A DNA stretch of 60,083 bases, filler included, from Dugesia japonica (lineage: Eukaryota): NCBI GenBank assembly GCA_001938525.1. It is 4 parts of 4 records of this genome, joined end to end, with 100 filler letters (N's around TTAATTAATTAA, not from the genome) between each part and the next. Parts side by side here need not be neighbours in the genome. Positions count along the whole stretch, not along the records: positions 1 to 25,744 come from MQRL01544292.1; positions 25,845 to 34,953 come from MQRL01641069.1; 2 more parts are not named here. One strand, 5' to 3'. Under the pieces are notes generated by a model. It saw only the letters and a list, made by a program, of their open reading frames with translations, was not told where the DNA came from and made no database searches. Below, piece after piece: positions 14,890 through 25,959 of the stretch. A program made the translations under genes and the position numbers. Each line of letters opens with the position of its first letter. Position 1 is the first letter of the stretch.

Positions 14890-16010
14890 TATATCTTTAT
14901 TAGCAGCAGTATTTTTGACCAAAACTTTGTCTCCAATTTTAGAATGTTTTTTTGTAATTCCATAATATTATGACTAATTTCATCTTGATCAATCCTATTT
15001 TTTACTGTATTTCCATGTTTCTCTTAAATTTTCACGAATATTCCAATCTCGTGAAATTTCTTTTCAAAACCAATTTCCACTGGGCTTTATTTGATATGTA
15101 GAATTTGTCATAAATTCTACTTCTAGGAGTATATCTGTCCAATATTTATGAATATAATCTCTTATAGTTAGAAATCGCCTTTCGATTTGTCCATTACTAG
15201 AATGATGATACGGGCTTGAAAATTTTAATTCTATTTCATGTTTTTCTATCAATTCTTTAACCAAACTCGATTCAAATTATCTTCCTCTATCACATAAAAA
15301 AAATTTTAGGTTCCCAAAATTTCAAAATCTATTGATTTTTTAATGTATTTTCTACAGTTTTTTAATTTGATCAATAACTTATATTAATGGGATATGATTG
15401 CTAAATTAATTTATAATACCCATTATATATTTTATTTCATTTTATTGTTTTTAAACGGTTCACAAAATTCAATATATAATTTGAAATGTATCTGTAGGCA
15501 ACATTTTAATTATGTCTTCCTTTATTTTTGAAGTTGAAGGTTTCCTTTTTTGTCAGTCTTATTATCAGTTTTCCATATAAAATTGTCTCGAAAAATATTC
15601 GTGAGCCTATTTTGATCCGTCATGACATAATAATTCATTAGTATAATTTATAAATTTCACTAATTTCTTTTGGGATCCAAGTTTAATTTTGAATTGTTTA
15701 AACAATATTTTCAATTAATTTAAATTATAGATTTTTCAAAGTTTAAGTTGTCTTTAATAACATCAATTTAATTACATCCTTCTTGCCATTTACAACCATC
15801 ATTTTTTTTAACATTAGTGCTAATGTTAGTTTTATTTTTCCAGATTTCTGTTCTTTATGTGAAGTCTAGTATTGAACTCAGGTTTCACAATCTATTCTTG
15901 AGAGAATCAGCATTCAGGTATTCTTCACTTTTAATATCCAAACTGCTAAGATGGTTGATTGAAGCCTGAAATTATGGTGTTTTTGGTCTTCAGCATAAAC
16001 GCTTTTGCTT
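14890..16010 (-). mobile_element. Ty3/Gypsy pol remnant (RNase H-integrase)
   Basis: ELKFSSPYHHSSNGQIERRFLTIRDY is the integrase SPYHP.SNG..ER motif; flanks are degenerate. Confidence 0.8.
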
Positions 16011-16326
16011 TATGAAAAATTTAGGAAATTTCACAATAACATCGATCAATTTGAAAAAATATTATGTTTGATTAAATTTAGTTGATTTTTAATTTAATAT
16101 ACTTTTATATATTGTTTTTTAATAAAATTTATTTGTAATTTATGATTAAAAATCTGGGAAAATTGGTTTGATTTTTTTCTTTAAAATTCTTTAGAATTGA
16201 TCTAGTATTCGTAATAATAAATTTATAACAAATTTTATTATATTTATTAGATAATTTTGTTATTTATTGTATTGTATTAGCCTTTTGTGATTTACAATAC
16301 AATTTAATTTATTATTTATTTATTTA

Positions 16327-16767
16327 TTTATTTTTAATTTGTCATCTTTTCGATATAAATGTGTTATTTTATTATAAATGTGTATTTTTTTCAAAAAAAT
16401 NNNNNNNNNNNNNNNNNNNNNNNNNNNNNNNNNNNNNNNNNNNNNNNNNNATCTTTTCGATATAAATGTGTTATTTTATTATAAATGTGTATTTTTTTCA
16501 AAAAAATAACTAATTATTTCCTCTAATAAAAAAATAATTAAAAATGAGGAAAAATATTCCTCATAATAAAGGAAACATTTTTTTAATAAAAAGAGGAAGA
16601 AATCCTCTTTTTTAATTTAGTTATATTCCTTTTAATGAGGATAATAAATTCCTCTTTTATTTTTTTTTATTATTTAAGAGGAAATAATTAGTTATTTTTT
16701 TGAAAAAAATACACATTTATAATAAAATAACACATTTATATCGAAAAGATGACAAATTAAAAATAAA
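16327..16767. repeat. Long terminal palindrome / imperfect hairpin of the pPolB element
   Basis: 16451-16524 is the exact reverse complement of 16677-16750 (74 bp). The interior pairs imperfectly around GAGGA-agaaa-TCCTC (centre ~16600). 16344-16400 duplicates the left arm across an N gap. Confidence 0.9.
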
Positions 16768-17049
16768 ACACTTACATAAAAACACTTTTCTTTTAACAAT
16801 TAAAAGCAGTTAATAATAATTATGTGTAACTTTAATTAATGTTTTGTACATAAAAAGATAAATTACTAATAAAATTATTCTTTAAAACAATAAGATATTA
16901 ACATTAAAAAATAAAATTCTTAATAAGATGTTTGGGTAATATTTTAAGCAACTAAATCATAAAAAGTTAATAAATTAATAAATTAATCTTTACATTTGAG
17001 TTACTATTTTTAATAAAAAATTATTGATTAATTCAATAATAATTGGAAA

Positions 17050-17770
17050 AGTCTAATTATTCTTCACATTTAAGTTGTTAATTAAAATAATTATTCTTTA
17101 GATTATAGATTTAAATAAAAGTTATTGAAATAATCTAATTATTCTTCACATTTTAATAATTTTTCTTAGATCAAAGATTAAATAAAAATTAATGAATTAA
17201 TCTAATTATTCTTTAATTAAAGATTAAAAATAAAAAATTAATGAATTAATCTAATTATTCTTCACATTTAGATGTAATTAAAGATTAAAATAATTATTCT
17301 TTAAATTAAAGATAATAATAAAAATTCTTCACATTTTAGATTTTAATAATTATTCTTTTAATTAAAGATTTTAATAAAAATTCTTCACATTAGATTTTAA
17401 TAATTATTCTTCACATTTAGATTAATCTAATTATTCTTCACATTTAGATTAAAATAATTATTCTTTAAATTAAAGATAATAATAAAAATTCTTCACATTT
17501 AGATTTTAATAATTATTCTTTTAATTAAAGATTTTAATAAAAATTCTTCACATTTAGATTTTAATAATTATTCTTTTAATTAAAGATTTTAATAAAAATT
17601 CTTCACATTTAGATTTAAATAATTATTCTTTAAATTATAGATTTTAATAAAAATTACTGAATTAATCTAATTATTCTTCACATTTAGATTAAAATAATTA
17701 TTCTTTAAATTAAAGATNATAATAAAAATTCTTCACATTTAGATTAAAATAATTATTCTTTAAATTAAAG
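17050..17770. repeat. Subterminal tandem repeat array (core TTCTTCACATTTAGATT and AATAATTATTCTTTAAATTAAAGAT)
   Basis: More than a dozen shuffled copies of two or three short modules, followed by a (TAA) microsatellite. Confidence 0.85.
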
Positions 17771-18189
17771 ATAATAATAAATAATAATAATAAATAATAA
17801 ATAATAAATAATAATAAATAATAATAATAAATAATAAGATAATAATAAATAATAATACCACATTCACAATAAGTATGTGGTATCACCAAGTTATATTTTA
17901 AAAAACTAACTTCAATTTTAATATAATAATTTGGATTAAACTCGTTTATTGTTTCGTTGTTTAAAAAGTTAGCATATATTATTGTTAATATCTTTTTGAT
18001 TATATAATTTATTTTCATAATTAGCTTCAAAAGATGTATCATAAATATATCTATTGTCACATTTAACTTTTAAACAAATAAGACGGCAACAAAAAAATTA
18101 AAAAACTATATTATGGTAACTTTATTTTTAAAATATCTTCTGTTGCATTCGGTATTTTCTTTTTAACAATTAACATTTTAGAGTGTCTC

Positions 18190-18549
18190 TCATAATTTTT
18201 TATTTTTTAAAGTGTCTTTTAAAAATTTATATTCATATTCAACAATTTTAAATAAAATGTAAAAAAATANTATAAAAATTAATAAATCTATAATGTTACT
18301 TTGAGATATTAATTTTATATTATGTTCAGATTTTAATTCTATTATTTTATCTTTCATTATTTCAACAGTCTTTTTTGCTAGTAAGTATGGGTAATAAATA
18401 TATTTAATTATTTGTTGTTGTTCAGCTGGTGAAGCATTTAATGCTAAATCATATTTTGTTTGTAAATCATTTTTAAAATCATTATCTTTAAGTATTTCTT
18501 TTAGAATTTTTTCTAGCATTTTCTTTAACAAATAATTCTTCATAACCAT
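18190..18549 (-). CDS. Hypothetical helical protein of the pPolB element
   Basis: 119-aa ORF co-oriented with pPolB; start preceded by TATAAAAAATG; contains one N. Confidence 0.5.
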   Translation of the reverse strand: MVMKNYLLKKMLEKILKEILKDNDFKNDLQTKYDLALNASPAEQQQIIKYIYYPYLLAKKTVEIMKDKIIELKSEHNIKLISQSNIIDLLIFIXFFYILFKIVEYEYKFLKDTLKNKKL

Positions 18550-18995
18550 TTTTTATATTTTCATCAATATTAGTTTCATTCTTTATATTGCCGGCTATTA
18601 TAGTTGAATTAAGTACTCTTGTTCTAGTTTTTGGTGCAGAATTAATAATTGCATTTCTTTTTTCTGTTAATGTTGGTTTTTTTAATTTCTCTTGTATTAA
18701 TTCAAAATTATTAATTTTTACATTAAAACAGTAATCTCCAAATTGATTTTTAATGAAAGTATTTGTTTTTTCATCATAAAAATATTTTACTCTTTTATAA
18801 ATTTTTCTTGGTGGTTTTATATTTAAGTCTCTAAATGCTTTATTTATTTTGTTGATTGAAACATTTAATTCTTCTGCAATAATGTTATCTTTTAATGTTG
18901 GATTTTTTTTTAATTTCATTGAATTTTGTTATTAAATCAATCTTTTCTTGTTTAATAAATGTGAGTGGATTGAAATAATCTGCTGAATCTGCCAT
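18488..18995 (-). CDS. Putative HTH DNA-binding protein (frameshift in an A9 run near 18905)
   Basis: KKNPTLKDNIIAEELNVSINKINKAFRDL is HTH-like. The upstream ATG at 18995 (MADSADYFNPLTF...) joins the ORF if one A is removed from the homopolymer. Start preceded by TATATAAAATG. Confidence 0.6.
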
Positions 18996-19030
18996 TTTAT
19001 ATAGAAAATATTTAATATTTTTTATTTATT

Positions 19031-22000
19031 TCATGTTTCACAGTTGAGTGTTTTATTTATTTTATCTAATCTTAAATGCCATGTGTTGCACAAAGAACAG
19101 AAATATTGATTTCCATGTGGCCATGTTCTAGTTCCATTGTCTTCTATTATTCTTTTATCACTATAACCTGTTAAAGCAATTTTCTTTTGAGAAATTAATT
19201 CAATTTGATGCAATGTTGATTTTAAAGAATAATTTGTGCCGTGTATTATTTTCTTGGGATCTTTTAACACAGAATCAAATTCTTGCATTCCAATTTTATT
19301 GAAACTTTGTACACCTTTATGTTTTTTATTAAAATTAATCTCACTTCCTTTATTATTATTTGTGTATTCATATGCATAAGATTTAGGTTTTATAAAATCA
19401 CATTTAAGTATTTCAGAATTAGGCATTTCATCTTTCATCTGAAATAGATTATCTCCAGTTAAAGAATTTAATTTTTCCAGGTTATCATTTCCGGTGATCT
19501 CAACGAATACGGAATCTGTGTTTTTTATTATCAATGGAAATCCACAATTGAATGTTCCATCTTCGGTTTCAATGTCATATACATCTTCTGTGTTTTGTCT
19601 TAAAAATTTAATACTTTGAGGATTAGTAGTTATTTCAGATTTTGTTTCTTGTAGTTTGAAGTCAGCTGTAATAATTAAATTCATTCCTAAAATTGTTCCT
19701 AGATAATATGCTTTAGACAACGATATTTTATCTGTAATTGTTTTATTAAAAATGTTAGATTTAAATTTATTATTTAAAGATATTAATGTTTTAAATTTAT
19801 TATGTAATAATTTAGTATCCAATGTTAGATTCATAGGTTTAATTTCTTTATTGTTTATATCTAATAATGAATGGTCTTCTGTAACATCGACAATGCCCAT
19901 GTGTGTTCTTATTCTATAAATCTTTTTATTTGTAGTGTGTTTAATTACTTTTTTCAATGGAACCCAGTTACTTTTAGTCCAAATTTCATAATTTTCTGGA
20001 TAAGAATAATACTTTACCTGGTCGCATAAAGCAGTGTTCTTTATATAATTTCCGGAGATCTCTGAAATCTTTTTAATAATAATATTTCTTCCTTTTCTTA
20101 GTAACACTGGAGTATCAGATGTAACACTGTCAGAGTAATGAATTTTATAATTTTCATTTCCAATATTTGGTTCTAATTGGTTATATACAAAATTGTACAT
20201 TACTTCTTTAGCATATTCTAGGATAGTGAAACCTAGATATGGAAATTTGTTATATTTTAAATTTGTTTTCGACATGTGCATTACTCCTGTGTGACATAAT
20301 ATTTCATCATTTAACGAAAAACATTTACTATCTATATAGCTAGGTTTACTTGCAAATTTTCGGAAATCTTTGTCAGTTCCGACAATTTCTATGCTACATC
20401 GATTTCTAATATTTTCTAGAGTTTTCCCGTAGAATGAATTATTCATCAATTTAAAGAAGTCAACTCCAAATTCATCTTTATTTCTTTTTGATATAGTTCT
20501 TTGGGTTATATTAAATAGAATATAATCTTTTAGCCATGGTGAAGTCGGTAGTTCATATTTAGAATGTATAGTTTTTAGTTTGATTCCTAATTGTAGATAA
20601 AGATCTAATGTTGAATCGAGAATTATATAATTTTTCTTATCGAGTTGATTCATTGTAAGTTTAATATTTTTATCTGTTAATTTTCTATTAAAACTTTTTT
20701 GATAATTTGTTAGCATATCATTTGTAATAAGTATTCTATCAGGTGCTAATGGGAAATATTTAGTTTTATCATGTAGTTCTTTTGGGTAAACAAGATCAAC
20801 TTCATAGAGATAATTAATTGTTTCTGTTGAGATTTCATATTCTAGATCTTTGGATTTAATGAATTCACCTGTTGGTAATGGTTTTGTCATGCACGATGCA
20901 TAAAGTGAATTTGCATCTAGATATTTTATATGTCTATTTTCCATTATATTATTAACATTAATTTCTTGACCTGAATTCATCATTTTAATGAGATCTTCAA
21001 AATCTGATTTATTTAATTCTCTAGTATCTGGATTTTTAATAATATTATGATTGAATACTTGACGTTCACCTTCTTCTCCTGAATAACCGCCGCGTACTCC
21101 GCGTTCGAATTTTAAGAAAATATCATAAGTTTCTGGTTTTGCAAATTTTAATTTTTGTCTTGTAAATCTCATACCAGCATTCCATGTTAATCCTGGTGAT
21201 GTATAACAATAACATGGATCTATTTTATAATTATTTAAACATAGTATTCTGAAGTTTTCAATATATTCCATTAAAATTAAAACATCTAGTTTCATATAAT
21301 GCAACATGTAATTCCAGAGATTAATGTGCGAGGTGCTTAGTTCAGTTTTAAATGCTTCATATTCTTCGTTGGATATTCCTTTTTGTTTTAGCGTGCTAAA
21401 GAAATCTTCTTTCTCTGGTATTTTCTCGGATTTTAATAATTGCATGACTTCTTGAATATTGTTATCTTTTACATAATCATATGGAAATAATGCTTTTTGA
21501 TTTTTATTTAATGTTTTTCCCATTTTCTCTATAGTAGTTGGACATAATCTGTAAGAATCAAGGAATCTAATATTGTTAAATTGAAATGAGATATATTGAT
21601 CATCTGAATGTGGAATTATTTTCTTAATACTTTTTGNNNNNNNNNNNNNNNNNNNNNNNNNNNNNNNNNNNNNNNNNNNNNNNNNNTTTGGATTTTTATT
21701 TAATAATTCTATGAAAAATAAATGATTGTCATATCCCATTGCATTATGAAAGTAAAATGGAATAAATAGATTCTTGATACTTTTATCTTGTAGATTACAA
21801 TATGAATGTGCATAGCCTCAGGGTTCACCGTTAAAATGATTGTGATCTATAACAAGATTTTCTGTTATTTCTTGATCACAGTATCTACATAATTGTTCAG
21901 TATGCTCTGGGATAGGACCAATAAATGAAGAATGTAACATATCAAATTTAACATTTTTTAATTGTCTGTTTATTTTTTCGAGAAAGTTAATAAATTCATA

Positions 22001-23332
22001 TACAACATTTTCACCTGAAAATTCAAAATATTCATCTTTAATTAGATCTTGATATTCTGATTTTAAATATATTCCAAGGCTAATCGGTTTTTGTATATTT
22101 AAATTATTTGTGTACGATTCGAAATCGCCATATAAAACAAATGGCATTTTATTAATAAAATAATTATTTTTATATTCAAAATATTCTTCATTTGGAAATT
22201 TAACTTCAGCTGGTTTGTGTAGTATACATTCTTGTTGGTGATTAAATAAAACATGTACACTTGAATATTGATTCAAGCAACCAAGACAAAGACAATTATT
22301 TTTTTTAACATTAAATAAAGTTTCAACATTTCTAACTAATGAATAATGATTGTTATATATCAAAAGATTACATTTATTTTCTTCTGGTTCAGGTTTTATT
22401 TCATAGTGCGAAATATGAAGTGCTGTAACTCTATTATCTAACTCGAAAACATTTATTTTTAAATTGTTTAATTTTTCTAATTTCTTGACATCTTCAATTG
22501 TAGATGGAAAATTAATTCCTTTTATATTTAATTCATTTAAATGTGGAATATAATTATTTACTCTTCTTGCGTTATTTCCATATTTATATTTATGTGCGAG
22601 AACTGAATACAGTAAACATTTATTATCTTTATTTTCAATATTAATAATTCCATATTTATTTTTATATTCATCTGGTAATACGCAATAAGTTGCTCCGGCT
22701 GTCGAATGATATATTTCAAGTTTAAGAACAAAATCCAATATGTAATCAAAATTCCAGTTAGATTCATTTCTCTCTGCGTCCTCCATAAAGTTCTGTACTT
22801 CTTCTAACATTTCATTTACTTGTTGCTTATATGTATCGAGCACATAAACTATTCTATTTTTAGTATATGAATAAAATGTTCTAAGTTTTCCTTCTTTACT
22901 ATATTGTGAATTAACTCCTATTCGCATTTTTAACACGTTGGTTGCTTTAAAAAATTCAGATACCATATTTTTAAATTCATAACTGGCTGGATAAATTGTT
23001 CTATATTCATATTTCGCAATAAATCTTTTCATTTCTAATTTACTATCTTCTAATATTCTAATATGGTAATCAGGATATTTTTCTTGTGTAAATATTTCAT
23101 AGATTGGTAAACCAATTTTTGTTTCTATTGGGATTTTTTCTTTTTTTCCACATGTACTTTTTGATTGATGAATATTTAATGATTCTAAAGTTTTAAATCT
23201 TCTTTTACATCCTGTGCATAATACATAATCACTCAATGAAATAAAAACACATTTTTTAAATCTAATGTGCGTATTTAATGCTCCTTTTGATTTAAATAAA
23301 CCATTGCAATTTTCGCATGTGAATACACTCAT
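19031..23332 (-). CDS. polB: Protein-primed family B DNA polymerase (Polinton/adintovirus-type) with N-terminal Zn fingers, TP-like region, OTU-like protease and EndoVII; intein-containing; one in-frame TGA at 21818-21820
   Basis: ExoI YGDFES, ExoII HNAMGYD, ExoIII YMKLDV, motif A YLDANSLY, motif B KLMNNSFYGK, motif C YSD|TDS, KPKSY, KHKGV, DKR. The 504-aa and 902-aa ORFs are in frame and are bridged by GEP*GYAHSYCNLQ. Confidence 0.93.
19520..20128 (-). mobile_element. Mini-intein (203 aa) in pPolB motif C
   Basis: Block A SVTSDTPVLL, block B VDVTEDHSLL (TxxH), block F VYDIETEDGTFNCG, block G IIKN followed by +1 Thr. Removal restores YSDTDSVFV. Confidence 0.93.
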
Positions 23333-24289
23333 TTTCTATAGTAATAATTTAATCAAAGTTATTTATTTTCTTAATTTAAAATTTATATATATGTTGCACT
23401 TTTTTATCATATTATTATGTAACATTTATATAAATTTTTAAGCAATTAATGCAAATTTTTGTAGCACTATTGCTGAGTGAATATTCCATTTTTATTTAAC
23501 TTTTTATTTTTTTTTAAAAAAATTGTTACAAAAAATATGTTACCGTACTGGACCTGAGGGAATATACCTATTTATATCACTACTTATAATTAGTAAAATG
23601 GTTTGAAATTTTTTAAATTTGAATGTGAAATTTAATTAATTAAGTTCATTAACCAATATAGATTGGTTAAAATAATTTTAATTGGGAAAAATATGCTTCG
23701 ACACCATTATGTGTATTAGTTAAATTTAAAATCTCCATAAATTGTTTATTGATTATTACAAGTCTTTTCTTAAAAAATAAAAATATGNNNNNNNNNNNNN
23801 NNNNNNNNNNNNNNNNNNNNNNNNNNNNNNNNNNNNNNNNNNNNNNNNNNNNNNNNNNNNNNNNNNNNNNNNNNNNNNNNNNNNNNNNNNNNNNNNNNNN
23901 NNNNNATTTAACACCATGTAAAATTTTAACTTTAATTTAAAATATCTTTGTTTTACATATATATTTATTTATTTTTCTAACTTTATAATTTTTAAAATTT
24001 TATATTTGAAAAATTTCAAAAAAAAAAACTTAATATTAAATATAAAAATTAAAAAATCTCAAACATCCAAAATTCATGAATCGATACTCACAATGTGTAT
24101 GTAAAGGTTTCCGTCTTTCACGTATATATGACATGATTTATAAAATTAAGATATATGCATGCCAGATTTTTTGATTAGTTAAGTCATTATTGATTAATAA
24201 CTGACTTATAAATTAAAAATTGACTCATAATTATTACTTTACATATGGAAGTTTAGAAGATGCCTATTCATCATTGCATGCTTTTTATT

Positions 24290-25262
24290 CAATCATAGCA
24301 CAAAATCTGCCGAAGCAATCAGAATTATTTGCGAGACTAATGGGATTGGAACAATAACTGAAAGTTCTTGTAGTGAGTGGTTTCGACACATTAGAAGAGT
24401 GGACTTTGACATGAAAGATAAGAAGCGTACCTAGTGGCCACATGAGATAAGTTCGCATGACTACAAGGGTTATTGAAAGTAGGTTCGACAACGTCGAGAG
24501 TAGAACTAGTGACAAGATTACATATTACTCAGAGCACCGTAATTCGATGCTTGTATCATTTAGAACAACTTAAAAATAATGAAAATGGGCTTCTCATGAT
24601 TTATCCGAGAAACACATAGCCAACCGTCTCACCTTTTACTTTTCATTGCTCAAGAGACACAAACGCAAATCTTTTATGTATTGAATTATGACTGGTGGCG
24701 AAAAATGGATATATAATAAACCAAATCGCAAAAAAGAACCAATTAGATCACGGTTGAAACGAGATAGTCACAGTCACATAGTCCTTCTGCCTATCTTGTG
24801 GAACAGACAAGGAGTTCTGTATTTTGAACAATTAAAACCGTCTCAGACTATCACTGTGGAATTTTATTCTCGATGATTGAGGTTTTTGATGGAGCAATTG
24901 GTTGAGAAGCAGCAAAATTTGGTGATTATTCTGTTACTTATGTAACATTAAGAACTCTGGAAACCTTAAAGGAAGTACAATTAAATATTACACCTGGCAT
25001 ATTCTCCATATAATACCCCTTCGTATTTTTACTTATTTAGTTCTTTGTAACACAACCTTTTTGAAACACTATTTCACAATGTTGAAGAAGTGCAGAAATT
25101 CATTGATGATTTCATTCAAGACATTATTCATCGGGGTATCCATTTTTGCCTGAAAGATGACAAATAATTAACGAAAATATTTGATTAAATGTACTGTTAT
25201 TTATAATAATTTTTATAAAAAATTTTCTCTTAAAACGATGGAAACTTTTGCATATCCCTAAT
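24290..25262 (+). mobile_element. Degenerate mariner (Tc1/mariner) transposon
   Basis: IMTGGEKWIYN..PNRKK (VTGDEKW), LWNRQGVLYFEQLKPSQTITVEFY, a YSP-like remnant, and a 3' end AACTTTTTGCATATCCCTAATA resembling a mariner TIR + TA. Confidence 0.85.
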
Positions 25263-25744
25263 ATATATTTATTTAAATCTATTTTTGAATTTTGTTGAAT
25301 AAATTATGTGTGAAAATGGTAGTATTCTTATGAAAAGTATATTTTCTTTAGACGATTTTCCTATTTGTTTGTGTTATAATAATGCTGGGTTCCTGAGTTT
25401 TTGATGTTACTGTCATAATTTTATTTTTACTCTATCTCGTTTCTTTCTTAAATTCCTTTGCTAGGGGTAGATACCTAGAAACCGGCAGAAATTTGATCAA
25501 CACCGCCGTGTTGAGACCATCTACCCCGTGGTTCATGCTGGACTATGCGGTATCACGTCTTGTTAGAAAGTCTTTGATGTTAAAGCTCAGAGTTAATTGA
25601 AGGTATTTATAAAAGCACAGATGAAACCCATTGAAAATATATGTACAGATTCAATTAAGAAGCCATGAATACCCGAAAATAGTCTCTTCTGTTATTACAC
25701 AATGCAACTCCGTTCTGTCATTAACCTCGTACTCCTTCCATAAT

Positions 25745-25844
25745 NNNNNNNNNNNNNNNNNNNNNNNNNNNNNNNNNNNNNNNNNNNNTTAATTAATTAA
25801 NNNNNNNNNNNNNNNNNNNNNNNNNNNNNNNNNNNNNNNNNNNN
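25745..25844. other. Artificial scaffold spacer N44-TTAATTAATTAA-N44
   Basis: Exactly 100 bp with a six-frame stop linker; identical at three places. Confidence 0.9.
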
Positions 25845-25959
25845 ATATATTATTAAAATTTATTTTAAAAATTCATATGTAAAATAAAATATTCCATAAA
25901 ATAAAATCGATATTTTTCATTTATTTTATAAAATTATTGCGTAAAATATTTCATTAATT

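Noticed and set aside
16344-16400. Direct duplication of the hairpin left arm
   Set aside because: It abuts an N gap and matches the sequence after the gap exactly; most likely an unmerged contig overlap.
17050-17770. CRISPR-like array
   Set aside because: No unique spacers; the intervening sequence is itself repeated; eukaryotic context with no cas genes.
17710-18060. 116-aa ORF as a fourth gene of the element
   Set aside because: Non-ATG start, and the 3' half is microsatellite and tandem repeat.
19520-20128. Hedgehog-type Hint domain
   Set aside because: It has a terminal Asn and +1 Thr and interrupts a polymerase active site, which marks a true intein.
21818-21820. Alternative genetic code or selenocysteine at the in-frame TGA
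   Set aside because: The position expects Arg, TGG is used for Trp, and TGA terminates the same gene at 19031; a point mutation or base error is simpler.
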